Below, one piece after another: positions 52,065 through 62,381 of a DNA stretch of 64,000 bases. Where the stretch lies: positions 320,001-384,000 of the forward strand of contig CAVRZA010000004.1 in NCBI GenBank assembly GCA_963725665.1. Direction: 5' to 3'. The notes beneath the pieces are model-generated. The model worked only from the letters and a program-made list of their open reading frames with translations, had not been told where the DNA came from and searched no databases. The number at the start of each line of letters is the position of its first letter. Position 1 is the stretch's first letter. The stretch comes from an uncultured Actinomycetes bacterium (GTDB lineage Bacteria > Actinomycetota > Thermoleophilia > UBA2241). Both the position numbers and the translations under genes were made by a program.

Positions 52065-52439
52065 ATGCCCCGAGTGAAGCGAAGCGTCCACGCGCGCAAG
52101 AAGCGCCGCAAGATACTCGAAGAGGCCAAGGGCTACCGCGGTACCAAGCACGCGAGCTACAAGCGCGCCAAGGAGCAGGTCCAACGCAGCCTCAAGTACG
52201 CCTACCGCGACCGCCGCGTGCGCAAGCGCGAGTTCCGCAAGCTGTGGATCGTGCGCATCAACGCTGGCGCGCGCGAGAACGGCCTCTCCTACAACCAGTT
52301 CATCCACGGATTGAAGCTGGCCGAGATCGAGCTCGACCGCAAGGTCCTCGCTGAGCTCGCCGTGAGCGACCCGGCGTTCTTCACTTCACTGGCCGACAAG
52401 GCGCGCGCCGCGCTGGCCGACGCGAGTCAGGCAGCCTAG
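52065..52439 (+). CDS. rplT: 50S ribosomal protein L20
   Basis: [27 protein letters not shown]. Confidence 0.98.
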   Translation: MPRVKRSVHARKKRRKILEEAKGYRGTKHASYKRAKEQVQRSLKYAYRDRRVRKREFRKLWIVRINAGARENGLSYNQFIHGLKLAEIELDRKVLAELAVSDPAFFTSLADKARAALADASQAA

Positions 52440-52459
52440 GGCGGCGACCGCGTGGGGTT

Positions 52460-53314
52460 TTAAGCACACCGCTCTCAAGCCTCGAGAACTCGCTCGTCAA
52501 GCGGGCGGCTTCTCTTGCGCTGCGCAAGCATCGCGAGGCTGAGCGCGCGTTCCTCGCCGAGGGCGCCGATGTCGTGGCCGCTGCGCTCGCAGCCGGATGG
52601 CGGCCGCAGGCCGTGTTCTTGACCGAAGGGAGCGAGGCCGCCGCGGCCGCCGAGAGCGACCCCGGACTTGCCGGTCTCGAAGTCCATCTTGTGACTCGCC
52701 GCGTCGCCGAGAAGCTCACGACGCTGCAGACGCCGCCCGAGGTCATGGCGGTCTTTCCCTTGACCGAGCCCTCGCCCCTCGAGTCGCTGCGCCACGCCGA
52801 CCTTCTCGCCGTGTACGCCGACCGCGTGGCCGATCCCGGCAACATGGGCACGTTGGTGCGCGCGGCGGCCGCTTTCGCGGCCGCCGCGCTGATCGCCTCT
52901 CCAGGGTGCGTCGACCTCTACTCGCCCAAGGTGGTGCGCGGCAGCATGGGCGCCGTCTTCGGCCTACCGCTCTACCGCGAGGTGCAGCTCGGCGAGGCGG
53001 CGCGCGAGCTCGGTGCGACGAGAGTCTACGGTCTCGTCGCGCACGACGGCGCGCCTCTGTGGTCGGTCGAGCTCGCGCGTCCGGCGCTCATCTGCGTCGG
53101 CGCCGAACGCGCCGGCCTCGGCGAGCTGGTGTTGCGCCAGGTCAGCGACCGCGTGACCATCCCCCTGGCTGAAGGCGGGTCGGCTGGGGTAGAGTCGCTC
53201 AACGCCGGCGTCGCCGGAGCGGTCGCCCTCTACGAGTTCGCCCGGCGCGCCGCGACGAGGGTCGCGCCCCCGTCGCGGCCAAGCCGCCGGCGCCCGGCCG
53301 AAGACAAGGAGTGA
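52460..53314 (+). CDS. TrmH/SpoU family RNA methyltransferase (true start unresolved)
   Basis: SSLENSLVK..FLAEG, DPGNMGTLVR, VGAERAGL, ESLNAGVA. Confidence 0.88.
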   Translation, partial: LSTPLSSLENSLVKRAASLALRKHREAERAFLAEGADVVAAALAAGWRPQAVFLTEGSEAAAAAESDPGLAGLEVHLVTRRVAEKLTTLQTPPEVMAVFPLTEPSPLESLRHADLLAVYADRVADPGNMGTLVRAAAAFAAAALIASPGCVDLYSPKVVRGSMGAVFGLPLYREVQLGEAARELGATRVYGLVAHDGAPLWSVELARPALICVGAERAGLGELVLRQVSDRVTIPLAEGGSAGVESLNAGVAGAVALYEFARRAATRVAPPSRPSRRRPAEDKE

Positions 53315-53316
53315 CG

Positions 53317-54408
53317 ATGGACGACGCGCGGGTGCGCGAGCTGCAGAGCGTGACCCCCGAGCTGGCTGCGCTCTACTTCGAGGGCTCGGGCGCGATCGCC
53401 GACGCCGCCGACGAGGAGGCGCTCGAAGAGGTCCGCGTGCGTCTTCTCGGCCGCAAGAGCCCGCTCACCCAGGTCCTGCGCTCGATCCCTACGCTTCCCC
53501 CGGAGCAGCGTCCGCTGGTGGGGCGTCTGGGCAACCTCGTGCGCGCCGAGCTCGAGAAGCTCGCCGACGAGCGCCGCGAGGCGCTCAAACGAGCCGCGCT
53601 CAGCGCTTCGCTCGCCGGGGAGCGCATCGACGTCACGCTCCCCGGCCTGCCGTTCCCGGCCGGCCACGAGCACCTCATCAGCCAGACGATGCGTGAGGTC
53701 GAGGACATCTTCATCGGCCTCGGCTACCGCATCGCCGAGGGACCCGAGATCGAGCTCGACTACTACAACTTCACGGCGCTCAACACGCCGCCCGGCCACC
53801 CCGCCCGTTCCTCCCACGACACGTTCTGGGTGGAGGAGCCGCGCGAGACCATGCCCGAGGCCGTGGTCGACGCCGACCGGGGCGTGCTGCTGCGCACCCA
53901 CACCTCCCCCGTTCAGGTGCGCGTCATGGAGTCGCAGCGCCCGCCTGTGTACATCGTCTGCCTGGGCAAGGTCTACCGTCGCGACTCAGACGCCACGCAC
54001 ACGCCGATGTTCCACCAGGTCGAGGGCCTCGTCGTCGACGAGGGCATCACGCTGGCCGATCTCAAGGGCACCGTGGCGCACTTCACGCGCGAGTTCTTCG
54101 GACCCGAGCGCTCGATCCGCGTGCGGCCGCACTTCTTCCCGTTCACCGAGCCGAGCATCGAGGTCGACGTGAGCTGCGGGCTTTGCGGCGGCGCGGGCTG
54201 TCGCTCGTGCAAGCACTCGGGCTGGCTCGAGATCATGGGCGCCGGCATGGTGGACCCCAACGTCTACGGCTTCGTCGATTACGATGCCGAGACGGTCAGC
54301 GGCTTCGCCTTCGGCATGGGCGTGGAGCGCATGGCGATGCTCAAGCACGGCATCCCCGACCTGCGCCTCTTCTACGACAACGACGTCCGCTTCCTGCGGC
54401 AGTTCTAA
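53317..54408 (+). CDS. pheS: Phenylalanine--tRNA ligase alpha subunit
   Basis: HPARSSHDTF, LLRTHTSPVQ, HTPMFHQVEG, FPFTEPS, GFAFGMGVER. Confidence 0.98.
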   Translation: MDDARVRELQSVTPELAALYFEGSGAIADAADEEALEEVRVRLLGRKSPLTQVLRSIPTLPPEQRPLVGRLGNLVRAELEKLADERREALKRAALSASLAGERIDVTLPGLPFPAGHEHLISQTMREVEDIFIGLGYRIAEGPEIELDYYNFTALNTPPGHPARSSHDTFWVEEPRETMPEAVVDADRGVLLRTHTSPVQVRVMESQRPPVYIVCLGKVYRRDSDATHTPMFHQVEGLVVDEGITLADLKGTVAHFTREFFGPERSIRVRPHFFPFTEPSIEVDVSCGLCGGAGCRSCKHSGWLEIMGAGMVDPNVYGFVDYDAETVSGFAFGMGVERMAMLKHGIPDLRLFYDNDVRFLRQF

Positions 54409-54420
54409 GGGGAGGCGGAG

Positions 54421-56934
54421 ATGCGTGTACCGTTCGGTTGGATCAAGGACTACGTGAACTGGCGCGGCACGGTCGAGGAGCTCGCCGAGGTGCTCACCAT
54501 GTCGGGCACCGAGGTCGAGGGCATCGACCGGGTCGGCGCGCCGCGCGACGGCGACAACCTGAGCCGCTTCGTGGTGGGCAAGGTGCTGACCAAGGAGCAG
54601 CACCCCAACGCCGACAAGTTGAGCTTATGCACAGTCGACGTGGGCGATGCGAACGGCGGTGTGAAGCAGATCGTGTGCGGCGCCGCCAACTTCGCCGCCG
54701 GCGACACCGTCGCCGTCGCGCTCAGCGGCGCCGTGCTCGAGAACGGCCTCAAGCTCAAGAAGGCCAACCTGCGCGGCGTCGAGAGCGACGGCATGATGCT
54801 AAGCGAGCAGGAGCTCGGCTTCGAGGAGAAGAGCCCGGGTATCGCCGTGCTCCCGGACGACTGCGTCGTGGGCGCGCCGCTGGGGGACTACCTGCCGGTC
54901 AGCGAGGCGGTGCTGGAGCTGGAGCTCACCTCGAACCGGCCCGACTGCTTCAGCATGTACGGCATCGCGCGCGAGGTCGCCGCCGCGGCCCGTCTGGAGC
55001 TGGCGCCGCCGCCCACCGCCGAAGCGGCGGTCTTCGGTGGCGCCCCCGCCGCCGAGTCCATCGCCGTCGAGGTCGCCGACGCCGACCTCTGCCCGCGCTA
55101 CGCGGCGCGGGTCATCCGCGCCGTCGAGGTCGGCGAATCGCCGGTGTGGCTCAAGGCGCGTCTCACGCACGCCGGCATGCGCCCCATCAACAACGTCGTC
55201 GACGTCACCAACTACGCGATGCTCGGCTGGGGCCAGCCGCTGCACGCCTTCGATGCCGGCAAGATCCACGGCGACAAGCTGATCGCGCGGCGCGCAAAGG
55301 ACGGTGAGAGGATCGTCACCTTGGACGAGGTCGAGCGCGTTCTCGATGCCGAGATGCTGGTCATCGCCGACGTGCAGCGGCCGCTGGTCATCGCCGGGGT
55401 GTTCGGCAGCGTCGACGCCGAGGTGGACGACCTAACCACCGACCTGGTGCTGGAGGCGGCTAACTTCAGCGGCCCCAGCATCCTGCGCACCGAGATGCAC
55501 ACCGGCATCCGCAGCGAGGCCAGCAACCGCTTTGAGAAAGGGCTCGACGTGAACCTCGTGCCCGGCTCGCTGGCCTATGCCTCGCGGCTGCTTGCCGAGC
55601 TCTGCGAGGGCACGGTCGCGCCTGGCACGGTCGATGTGATGAGCGTGCCGCCCGCACCGCCGCGCGTGCGCTACCGGCCGGCGAAGTGCGACGGCCTGCT
55701 CGGCTACGCCGTCCCGGCAGCCGAGCAGGCCGCGACGCTGCGCCTTCTGGAGTGCGACGTCGACGAGGGGAGTGACTCGGCCGCCGTCTCCTCTCCATCG
55801 TCGGCGACGGAGTGGACGGTGACGCCGCCGAGCTTCCGCCTCGACCTGGAGCGCGAGGTCGACCTCATCGAAGAAGTGGGGCGCATCGCCGGCTACGGAC
55901 TGGCGCCCGAGACACTGCCGTGTCACCGCACCGCCGGCAGGCTCACGAGGCCGCAGCAGGTGCGCCGTGCCGTACGGCGCGCGCTGGCCGGCTGCGGCCT
56001 CGACGAGGTCATCACCTATGCGTTCGTGGCACCGGACGCCCTCGCTCCGCTCGGGCTGCCCGAGGGTGACGTGCGCCTCCACCCGGTGAGGCTGAGCAAT
56101 CCGATGAGCGTCGAGCAGTCGGTCATGCGCACCATGCTGCTGCCGGGGCTGTTATCGGCGGTGCGCGACAACGTGGATCACCTCAACGACCCGCCCGACC
56201 TGTTCGAGCTGGGGAGCGTCTACCTGTGGGACGACGAGGTGGTGGCCGCGCCGGCGCACGCCGCCGAGCCCGGCGCGGTGCTCCCGCACGAGCCCGAGGC
56301 CCTGGGTATCGTGCTCGGCGGCCCGCTGCAGGCAGAGGACTGGACGCGCGCAGGACGCCCGACGGACTTCTATACCCTAAAGGGCATCGTCGAGAGTGTG
56401 CTGCGGACGCTGCGGCTCGACGGCCACTTCGCGCCGCTCGACGACGCCGCCGCCATGTTCCCGTACCTGCATCCCGGCAAGGCGGCGCTCGTCGGCGTGG
56501 CTCCCGGCGTCGGTGTGGGCGTGCTGGGCATGCTGCGGCCCGACGTGGCCGCGGCCTACGGCATCGAGGACCTCGAGCTCTACGTGGCCTCACTCAACCT
56601 GGAGCGCCTCGCGCAGGTTGCGCTGCACGTCAGGGCGTTCGAAGACCTCGGGACCTACCCGCCCGCTGCCCAGGATCTCGCGGTCGTGATCGGTCGCGAC
56701 GTGCCGGCGGCCGAGGTGGTGGCGATCGCCCGCAAGGCGGGCGGCAAGCTCATCCGCGACGTGCGCGTCTTCGACGTCTACGAGGGCGACCAGGTGCCTG
56801 CCGGCAAGCGCTCGCTGGCGTTGCGCCTCGTCATGCGCTCTCCGGAACGCACCCTGACCGACAAGGACATCACGGAGGTGCGGCGCAGGGTCCTGCAGGC
56901 GCTCGAGAGGGAGCTCGGGGCCACGCTGCGCTGA
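54421..56934 (+). CDS. pheT: Phenylalanine--tRNA ligase beta subunit
   Basis: HPNADKL, IVCGA.N, NRPDC, INNVVDVTNY, DLIEEVGRI.GY, FDVYEG. Confidence 0.98.
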   Translation: MRVPFGWIKDYVNWRGTVEELAEVLTMSGTEVEGIDRVGAPRDGDNLSRFVVGKVLTKEQHPNADKLSLCTVDVGDANGGVKQIVCGAANFAAGDTVAVALSGAVLENGLKLKKANLRGVESDGMMLSEQELGFEEKSPGIAVLPDDCVVGAPLGDYLPVSEAVLELELTSNRPDCFSMYGIAREVAAAARLELAPPPTAEAAVFGGAPAAESIAVEVADADLCPRYAARVIRAVEVGESPVWLKARLTHAGMRPINNVVDVTNYAMLGWGQPLHAFDAGKIHGDKLIARRAKDGERIVTLDEVERVLDAEMLVIADVQRPLVIAGVFGSVDAEVDDLTTDLVLEAANFSGPSILRTEMHTGIRSEASNRFEKGLDVNLVPGSLAYASRLLAELCEGTVAPGTVDVMSVPPAPPRVRYRPAKCDGLLGYAVPAAEQAATLRLLECDVDEGSDSAAVSSPSSATEWTVTPPSFRLDLEREVDLIEEVGRIAGYGLAPETLPCHRTAGRLTRPQQVRRAVRRALAGCGLDEVITYAFVAPDALAPLGLPEGDVRLHPVRLSNPMSVEQSVMRTMLLPGLLSAVRDNVDHLNDPPDLFELGSVYLWDDEVVAAPAHAAEPGAVLPHEPEALGIVLGGPLQAEDWTRAGRPTDFYTLKGIVESVLRTLRLDGHFAPLDDAAAMFPYLHPGKAALVGVAPGVGVGVLGMLRPDVAAAYGIEDLELYVASLNLERLAQVALHVRAFEDLGTYPPAAQDLAVVIGRDVPAAEVVAIARKAGGKLIRDVRVFDVYEGDQVPAGKRSLALRLVMRSPERTLTDKDITEVRRRVLQALERELGATLR

Positions 56935-57065
56935 ACGGCGCCTGGACTCGCAGACGTCGCCGTTGCCCGGCGAGGATCGGCGGCTGGGCGGGGTCGGCGA
57001 CTGAGCGAAGACTGACAGCCGCGCACCTTTTCTGAATACGACTCTAAGTCTGATAGAGCGACGCT

Positions 57066-57079
57066 TGCATAAGACAGCA
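57066..57079. promoter_or_regulatory. ARG box candidate
   Basis: TGCATAAGACAGCA versus TGCATAnnnATGCA, upstream of the arg cluster. Confidence 0.5.
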
Positions 57080-57234
57080 TCTTTCTTGTATCCTCCGCGC
57101 ATCATGGCCGTGCCCTTCGAGAGAGCGGAGCGTTCGCGGTGTCGGCGAGGCCGACGCCGCGGTGGTCGTCCCTGACCCACCCGCACCCGGCGGCCACCAG
57201 CGCCGCGCCTACCACTCCGAAGGAGCGAGACCGA

Positions 57235-58026
57235 ATGACAGCCCGTCAGCAGCAGACCGTACAGACCCTCCTAGAGGCCCTTCCCTACATCCGCCGCTTC
57301 AGCGGCTGCACCATGGTCGTCGAGATCGCCGGGGCGACCCTCTGGTCGCCCGGTCTCAAGGCGAGCTTCGCCGGCGACATCGCCCTGCTGCAGCTCGTGG
57401 GGATGAAGCCCATCGTCGTCCACCCGGCCACCGATGTGCCGACGCACCGCGGGCTGGTCGGCCTGATCGGCCTCCACGGCGGTGCGGGTGTCGGTCTGGA
57501 GACTCGCGCCGACGCCGCCTGGCTCAGCGACGGCGAGGCGCACGCGGGCGGGGAGATGCTGGAGCTGACCCCGGACTCGCTCGCTCACGACGTGAAGCTC
57601 GCCGTCGCCGACCTGCTCGCCAAGGGCTCCATCCCTGTGGTCGCCTGCGAGGGCGACGGCAAGCCGGCGAGCGAGGCTGCCGACACGCTCGCCGGCGGGC
57701 TCGCCGTCGCCCTCGCCGCCGAGAAGGTCCTCATACTGTCCGACGCCGGTGGCCTCTACGACAACGACCCCTACGAGCCGCGCATCGTCAGCGAGTGCGA
57801 CCTCGCCTACGTGGGCCTGCTGCAGGCCGCCGGCGTCATCGAGCCCGACATGATGGCGGCCGTAGGCGCCGTGCGTGTGGCGCTCGAGGCGGGAGTGGCG
57901 AGCGCGCACATCATCGACGGCCGCGTCGAGCACGCTCTGCTCCTCGAGATCCTCACCGACGCAGGGTGCGGCACCAAGATCACCCTGCAGGGCAAGGCTG
58001 AAGAAAAGGTCTTGCATATTCCGTGA
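57235..58026 (+). CDS. Degenerate acetylglutamate kinase (ArgB)-like protein
   Basis: LLEALPYIRRF, PIVVH, ADTLAG..AEK..LSD, AHIIDGRVEHALLLEILTDAGCGT; catalytic motifs missing. Confidence 0.8.
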   Translation: MTARQQQTVQTLLEALPYIRRFSGCTMVVEIAGATLWSPGLKASFAGDIALLQLVGMKPIVVHPATDVPTHRGLVGLIGLHGGAGVGLETRADAAWLSDGEAHAGGEMLELTPDSLAHDVKLAVADLLAKGSIPVVACEGDGKPASEAADTLAGGLAVALAAEKVLILSDAGGLYDNDPYEPRIVSECDLAYVGLLQAAGVIEPDMMAAVGAVRVALEAGVASAHIIDGRVEHALLLEILTDAGCGTKITLQGKAEEKVLHIP

Positions 58027-58048
58027 AGACTTGACGTATTATATGCAA
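58012..58048. promoter_or_regulatory. Tandem ARG box candidates upstream of argR
   Basis: TTGCATATT.. and CGTATTATATGCA in an AT-rich patch. Confidence 0.55.
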
Positions 58049-58129
58049 ACCCGCGTCGAGACGGCGACCCCACTCCGTGGGTCGGTGCGATCCGCGACCG
58101 CGGCGGGTCCGTCGTCGGAGAGGTACGGG

Positions 58130-58588
58130 ATGACCAAGGCAGAGCGCCACAGGCTGGTCCTGACACTGGTCCAGCAGCACGAGCTGGGCACCCAGCGCGA
58201 GCTGGTCCACGCTCTGAGGGCGCTCGGCTGTACGGTCACGCAGGCCACCGTCTCGCGCGACATCCGCGAGCTCGACCTGCAGAAGGTGCGTACGCACCTG
58301 GGGCGCGCGAAGTACGTCCTCTCGGCTCGGGAGCGGCCGAGAGACCCGGAGCAGGCCGCGAGCCACGTGCTGCGCGACTTCGCGCGCTCGACGGCCGTCG
58401 CCCAGAACATCGTCGTCGTGCACTCCGAGATAGGCACCGCCAACACCGTTGCGCGGGCCATTGACAATCTGAATCACTCCGACATCGTCGGCACCCTGGC
58501 CGGCGACGATACCTTCCTCATCATCCTCAAGGACGCGCCGACGGCGGTCGAGATGCAGCGCTATGTCGACCGCCTCCGAGAGGCCTAG
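58130..58588 (+). CDS. argR: Arginine repressor
   Basis: TQRELV..VTQATVSRDIREL, GTLAGDDT. Confidence 0.96.
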   Translation: MTKAERHRLVLTLVQQHELGTQRELVHALRALGCTVTQATVSRDIRELDLQKVRTHLGRAKYVLSARERPRDPEQAASHVLRDFARSTAVAQNIVVVHSEIGTANTVARAIDNLNHSDIVGTLAGDDTFLIILKDAPTAVEMQRYVDRLREA

Positions 58589-58718
58589 CGCGCAGGCACC
58601 CCGCGGCGCGCACTCCAGCCTCGCGTGAGGCCGGCACGCGGACTCCGCCCGTGCGGTCCCCGTGCTCCCTTCGTCACGCGGCGGTCTCGACGGCCGCCGA
58701 GAAAGGATCCCTGCGTCC

Positions 58719-59945
58719 ATGAGCTCCGAGAAGGTCGTCCTTGCTTACTCAGGCGGTCTCGACACATCCTGTCTGATCCCCTGGCTCAACGAGAAGTACG
58801 GCTACGACGTCGTCGCCTGTTTGGTCGACGCCGGCCGTGTGAAGAACATCCCGCACATCATGGAGCGCGCGCGAGCCTCCGGCGCCGTCGCGGCCGTGGC
58901 CGTCGACGCCAAGGACGAGTTCGCCGAGCACTACTGCCTGCCGGCGCTCATGGCCAACGCGCTCTACGAGGACAAGTACCCGCTGGTGAGCTCGCTCTCG
59001 CGGCCGCTGATCGCCCACAAGCTTGTGGACACCGCGCACGAGTACGGCGCCGCGGCGGTCGCCCACGGCTGCACGGGCAAGGGCAACGACCAGGTGCGCA
59101 TCGACGTCGGCGTACGCAGTCAGGACCCCAGCCTGCAGATCATCGCCCCCGCTCGCGGCGCCGATTGGCCGAGCCGCGAGGAGTTGCTCGACTACGCAGC
59201 CGCCCACGACATCCCCCTGCCGCTCTCGAAGAAGAGCCCCTACTCCATCGACGAGAACCTCTGGGGACGCAGCAACGAGTGCGGCGTGCTCGAGGACCCC
59301 TGGGTGGCGCCGCCCGAAGACGCCTTTCAGTTCGTCGTCGCTGTCAAGGACGCCCCCGACGAGGCGCAGAGCGTCGTCGTGACGTTCGAGCAGGGCAGGC
59401 CGGTCGCCATCGACGGCGTGCCGATGGGTCTGGTCGAGCTCATCGAGACGATCGACGGCATCGCCAACAGGCACGGCTTCGGCCGCGTCGACATGATCGA
59501 GAACCGGCTGGTGGGCATCAAGAGCCGCGAGGTCTACGAGGTCGGCGGCGCGCTGGCGCTGATCACGGCGCACCGCGAGCTCGAGGATCTGGTGCTTACG
59601 CGCGACCTGCTGCACTTCAAGCGCACCATCGAGAGCAAGCTGGCCGACATGATCTACGAGGGACAGTGGTTCGATCCGCTGACGGACGCCTGCAAGGCGT
59701 TCCTGTTCCAGAGCCAGGAGCGGGTCAGCGGCGACATCCGCCTCAAGTTCTTCAAGGGTTCGTGCACGCCTGAGGGCCGGCGCAGCGATTTCACGCTCTA
59801 CAGCTACAAGCTGGCCACCTACACCAGCGAGGACGAGTTCTCGCACGAGGCGGCGGCCGGCTTCATCCAGCTCTGGGGGCTGCCCATCGAGGTGTGGGCG
59901 CGCGTGGGCAAGGAGCACCACATGATGAAGGAACTCGAGGACTGA
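58719..59945 (+). CDS. argG: Argininosuccinate synthase
   Basis: VLAYSGGLDTS, HGCTGKGNDQVR, ENRLVGIKSREVYE. Confidence 0.98.
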   Translation: MSSEKVVLAYSGGLDTSCLIPWLNEKYGYDVVACLVDAGRVKNIPHIMERARASGAVAAVAVDAKDEFAEHYCLPALMANALYEDKYPLVSSLSRPLIAHKLVDTAHEYGAAAVAHGCTGKGNDQVRIDVGVRSQDPSLQIIAPARGADWPSREELLDYAAAHDIPLPLSKKSPYSIDENLWGRSNECGVLEDPWVAPPEDAFQFVVAVKDAPDEAQSVVVTFEQGRPVAIDGVPMGLVELIETIDGIANRHGFGRVDMIENRLVGIKSREVYEVGGALALITAHRELEDLVLTRDLLHFKRTIESKLADMIYEGQWFDPLTDACKAFLFQSQERVSGDIRLKFFKGSCTPEGRRSDFTLYSYKLATYTSEDEFSHEAAAGFIQLWGLPIEVWARVGKEHHMMKELED

Positions 59946-60052
59946 CGCGGCTCGTCGCGCGGCGCGTATGATGGCCGCATGACGGCGAGACGACCTGTGA
60001 CAATGGCGGGACGACCTGTGACGACGGCGGCGACGAACGCTGGGCGGGTCCG

Positions 60053-61420
60053 GTGACGGTCGCGCGCTCCGGCAGGTTTGGCGAGGAGCGCGCGCCGGCC
60101 TTCGTGCGCCTCAACTCGTCGCTCGCTCTCGACTGGCGTCTGTGGCGCGAGGACATCGAGGGCTCGGTGGGCCACGCCCGCGCGCTGATGCGCGCGGGCG
60201 TCCTCACCGAGCCGGAGCTGGCGGCGATCGAGAAGGGCCTCTCGGGCGTGGCGGCCGAGATCGAGACGGGCGCGTTCACGCCCGACGACGCCGACGAAGA
60301 CGTGCACATGGCGATCGAGCGACGCCTGACCGAGCTCATCGGCGAGCCCGGCGCCAAGCTGCACACGGGCCGCAGCCGCAACGACCAGGTCGTCACCGAC
60401 GTGCGCCTGCACCTGCGGCGCGTGATCGAGCGGCAAGACCAGCGGCTACGGGGCTTGCAGGAGACGCTGCTCGGGCGCGCCGGCGAGCACGTCAAGACGG
60501 TCATGCCGGCCTACACCCACCTGCAGCGCGCCCAGGTGAGCTCGCTGGCGCAGCACCTGCTGGCGTGGTTCTGGATGCTGGCGCGCGACCGAGCGCGGCT
60601 CGGTCGCGCGCGCGAGGCTTGTCTGGTGTCGCCGCTGGGCTCCGGCGCCGCGGTCGGGGTCGCATACGACATCGACCGCGGCGCCGAGGCGGACGACCTC
60701 GGCTTCGCCTCGGTCACCCCGAACTCCCTCGACGCGGTCGCGGAGCGTGACTTCGTGCTCGACTACCTCTACGCGGCGAGCGTCCTCGGTTCGCACCTAT
60801 CACGCGTTGGCGCCGAGCTCGTTCTCTGGTCGACGACGGAGTTCGGCTTCGTGCGCCTGCCCGAGGCCTACAGCGGCGGCTCGAGCATCATGCCGCAGAA
60901 GGTCAACCCCGACGCGGCCGAGCTCATGCGCGCCGCCGCGCCGCGCCTGGCCGCCGACCTGCAGGGCCTCCTCGGAGTAGTACACGGGTTGCCGCTCGCC
61001 TACGCCACCGACCTGCGCGAGGACAAGCGCTACCTCTTCGACGCCGTCGACTGCCTCGGCGAGCTGCTGCCTGTGGTCGCGGGGCTGCTCGAAGGGGCGG
61101 CCTTCGACGTCGCACGGCTCGCCGCTGCGTGCGACGTCTGGCTGTTCGCCACCGACATCGCCGACTACCTGGTCGGCCGCGGCCTCGCCTTCAGGGAGGC
61201 CCACCGCGCGAGCGGCGCTCTCGTGCGCCACTGCCTGGAGCGCTGTATCGGACCGGCGGATCTCACCAGGGAAGAGCTGGCGTCGTTCTCACCCGCCTTC
61301 GACAACGCCTACTATGGCCTCTTCTCGCCCCAGGCCTCGCTGGCGAGCAAGCGGTCGCCCGGAGGCGTTGCGCCCGGCCGCGTCCGCGAGCAGCTCGCCG
61401 TGGCGCGCGCGGCCCTCTGA
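60053..61420 (+). CDS. argH: Argininosuccinate lyase
   Basis: EDVH, HTGRSRNDQV, YTHLQRAQ, SSIMPQKVNPD. Confidence 0.97.
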   Translation: MTVARSGRFGEERAPAFVRLNSSLALDWRLWREDIEGSVGHARALMRAGVLTEPELAAIEKGLSGVAAEIETGAFTPDDADEDVHMAIERRLTELIGEPGAKLHTGRSRNDQVVTDVRLHLRRVIERQDQRLRGLQETLLGRAGEHVKTVMPAYTHLQRAQVSSLAQHLLAWFWMLARDRARLGRAREACLVSPLGSGAAVGVAYDIDRGAEADDLGFASVTPNSLDAVAERDFVLDYLYAASVLGSHLSRVGAELVLWSTTEFGFVRLPEAYSGGSSIMPQKVNPDAAELMRAAAPRLAADLQGLLGVVHGLPLAYATDLREDKRYLFDAVDCLGELLPVVAGLLEGAAFDVARLAAACDVWLFATDIADYLVGRGLAFREAHRASGALVRHCLERCIGPADLTREELASFSPAFDNAYYGLFSPQASLASKRSPGGVAPGRVREQLAVARAAL

Positions 61421-61514
61421 CGTCGCCGCGCGCGGCCGTCTGACGCGATCACGCCCGCGGCCCGGGGCCGTCTGACACCCGCGCACAGGCGCGCGGCCGG
61501 GTACAATCCCGGCG

Positions 61515-62180
61515 ATGAGCCCGGCGACCAGTAGCCCGAGCGACCGCGACGCCCGCGTGCCGCTGCCGCGCGCCTTCTTCGCGCGCCCGGTGCTCGAAGT
61601 CGCACCCGATCTCGTCGGCTGCGTCTTTCTCTTCGGCGGCGTCGGCGGCCGCCTGGTCGAAGTCGAGGCCTACCGCAGCGACGATCCGGCGAGCCACTCC
61701 TACCGCGGCCCGACGCCGCGCAACGCGGTCATGTTCGGTCCGCCCGGCCAACTGTACGTGTACTTCACCATGGGCCGGCACTTCTGCTGCAACATCGTCT
61801 GCCAGCCGCAGGGACAGGGGGCCGCCGTGTTGCTGCGGGCCCTCGAACCACACGAGGGCGTCGCTCTGATGGCGGAACGCCGGGGCACCGATGATCGACG
61901 AGAGCTCTGCAGCGGGCCGGCGAAGCTCACCCAGGCGCTCGCCATCGCGCGTGAGCAGAACGGCCTCGCCTTAGGCAGCGCGGGCATGCACGTGCTCTCG
62001 CGCCCCGGCCTCACGGAGCACGATGTCGAAGATCCCGCCGTCTGGTCGCGCGGCGCGCCGCCCATCGCGGCGACGGGGCGCATCGGCATTTCCAGCGCGA
62101 AGGAGCAGCCTTGGCGCTTCGTCGATGCCGGAAGTCCCTTCCTCTCACGGCGCCTGCCGGCGGCGCCGCGGTCCCGGTGA
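61515..62180 (+). CDS. DNA-3-methyladenine glycosylase (MPG/AAG family)
   Basis: VEVEAY..DPASHSYRG.TPRN..MFGPPG, AVLLRALEP, GPAKL, RIGIS. Confidence 0.92.
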   Translation: MSPATSSPSDRDARVPLPRAFFARPVLEVAPDLVGCVFLFGGVGGRLVEVEAYRSDDPASHSYRGPTPRNAVMFGPPGQLYVYFTMGRHFCCNIVCQPQGQGAAVLLRALEPHEGVALMAERRGTDDRRELCSGPAKLTQALAIAREQNGLALGSAGMHVLSRPGLTEHDVEDPAVWSRGAPPIAATGRIGISSAKEQPWRFVDAGSPFLSRRLPAAPRSR

Positions 62181-62381
62181 CCTGGGAAGACGGAGGAACC
62201 TCCACCGGACACACGCGCCGTCCTGTTCTGCGGCGCCGCGGCTTCTTTGAGCCACAAGCGCGGGAATGATAGAACTGGCCTCTGCGATCTGAGTAAGACC
62301 GCCGAGCGGCTGCGGCGCCGCTTTCGCGCGTCCGCGCGCCGGCGCCGCAGCCGCTCGTCACAACGAACGAAAGGACACCTC

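Noticed and set aside
52441-52574. TrmH gene lacking a canonical start, possible non-AUG initiation
   Set aside because: One extra G in GTGGGGTTTT would put the GTG in frame; homopolymer error is more likely
59979-60056. Two to three imperfect 21-bp tandem repeats and a short ORF before argH
   Set aside because: Few degenerate copies, no spacers and no Arg run; not CRISPR or a convincing leader peptide
61405-61480. Short GGCCGTCTGAC direct repeats after argH
   Set aside because: Short, irregularly spaced and GC-rich; no supportable function
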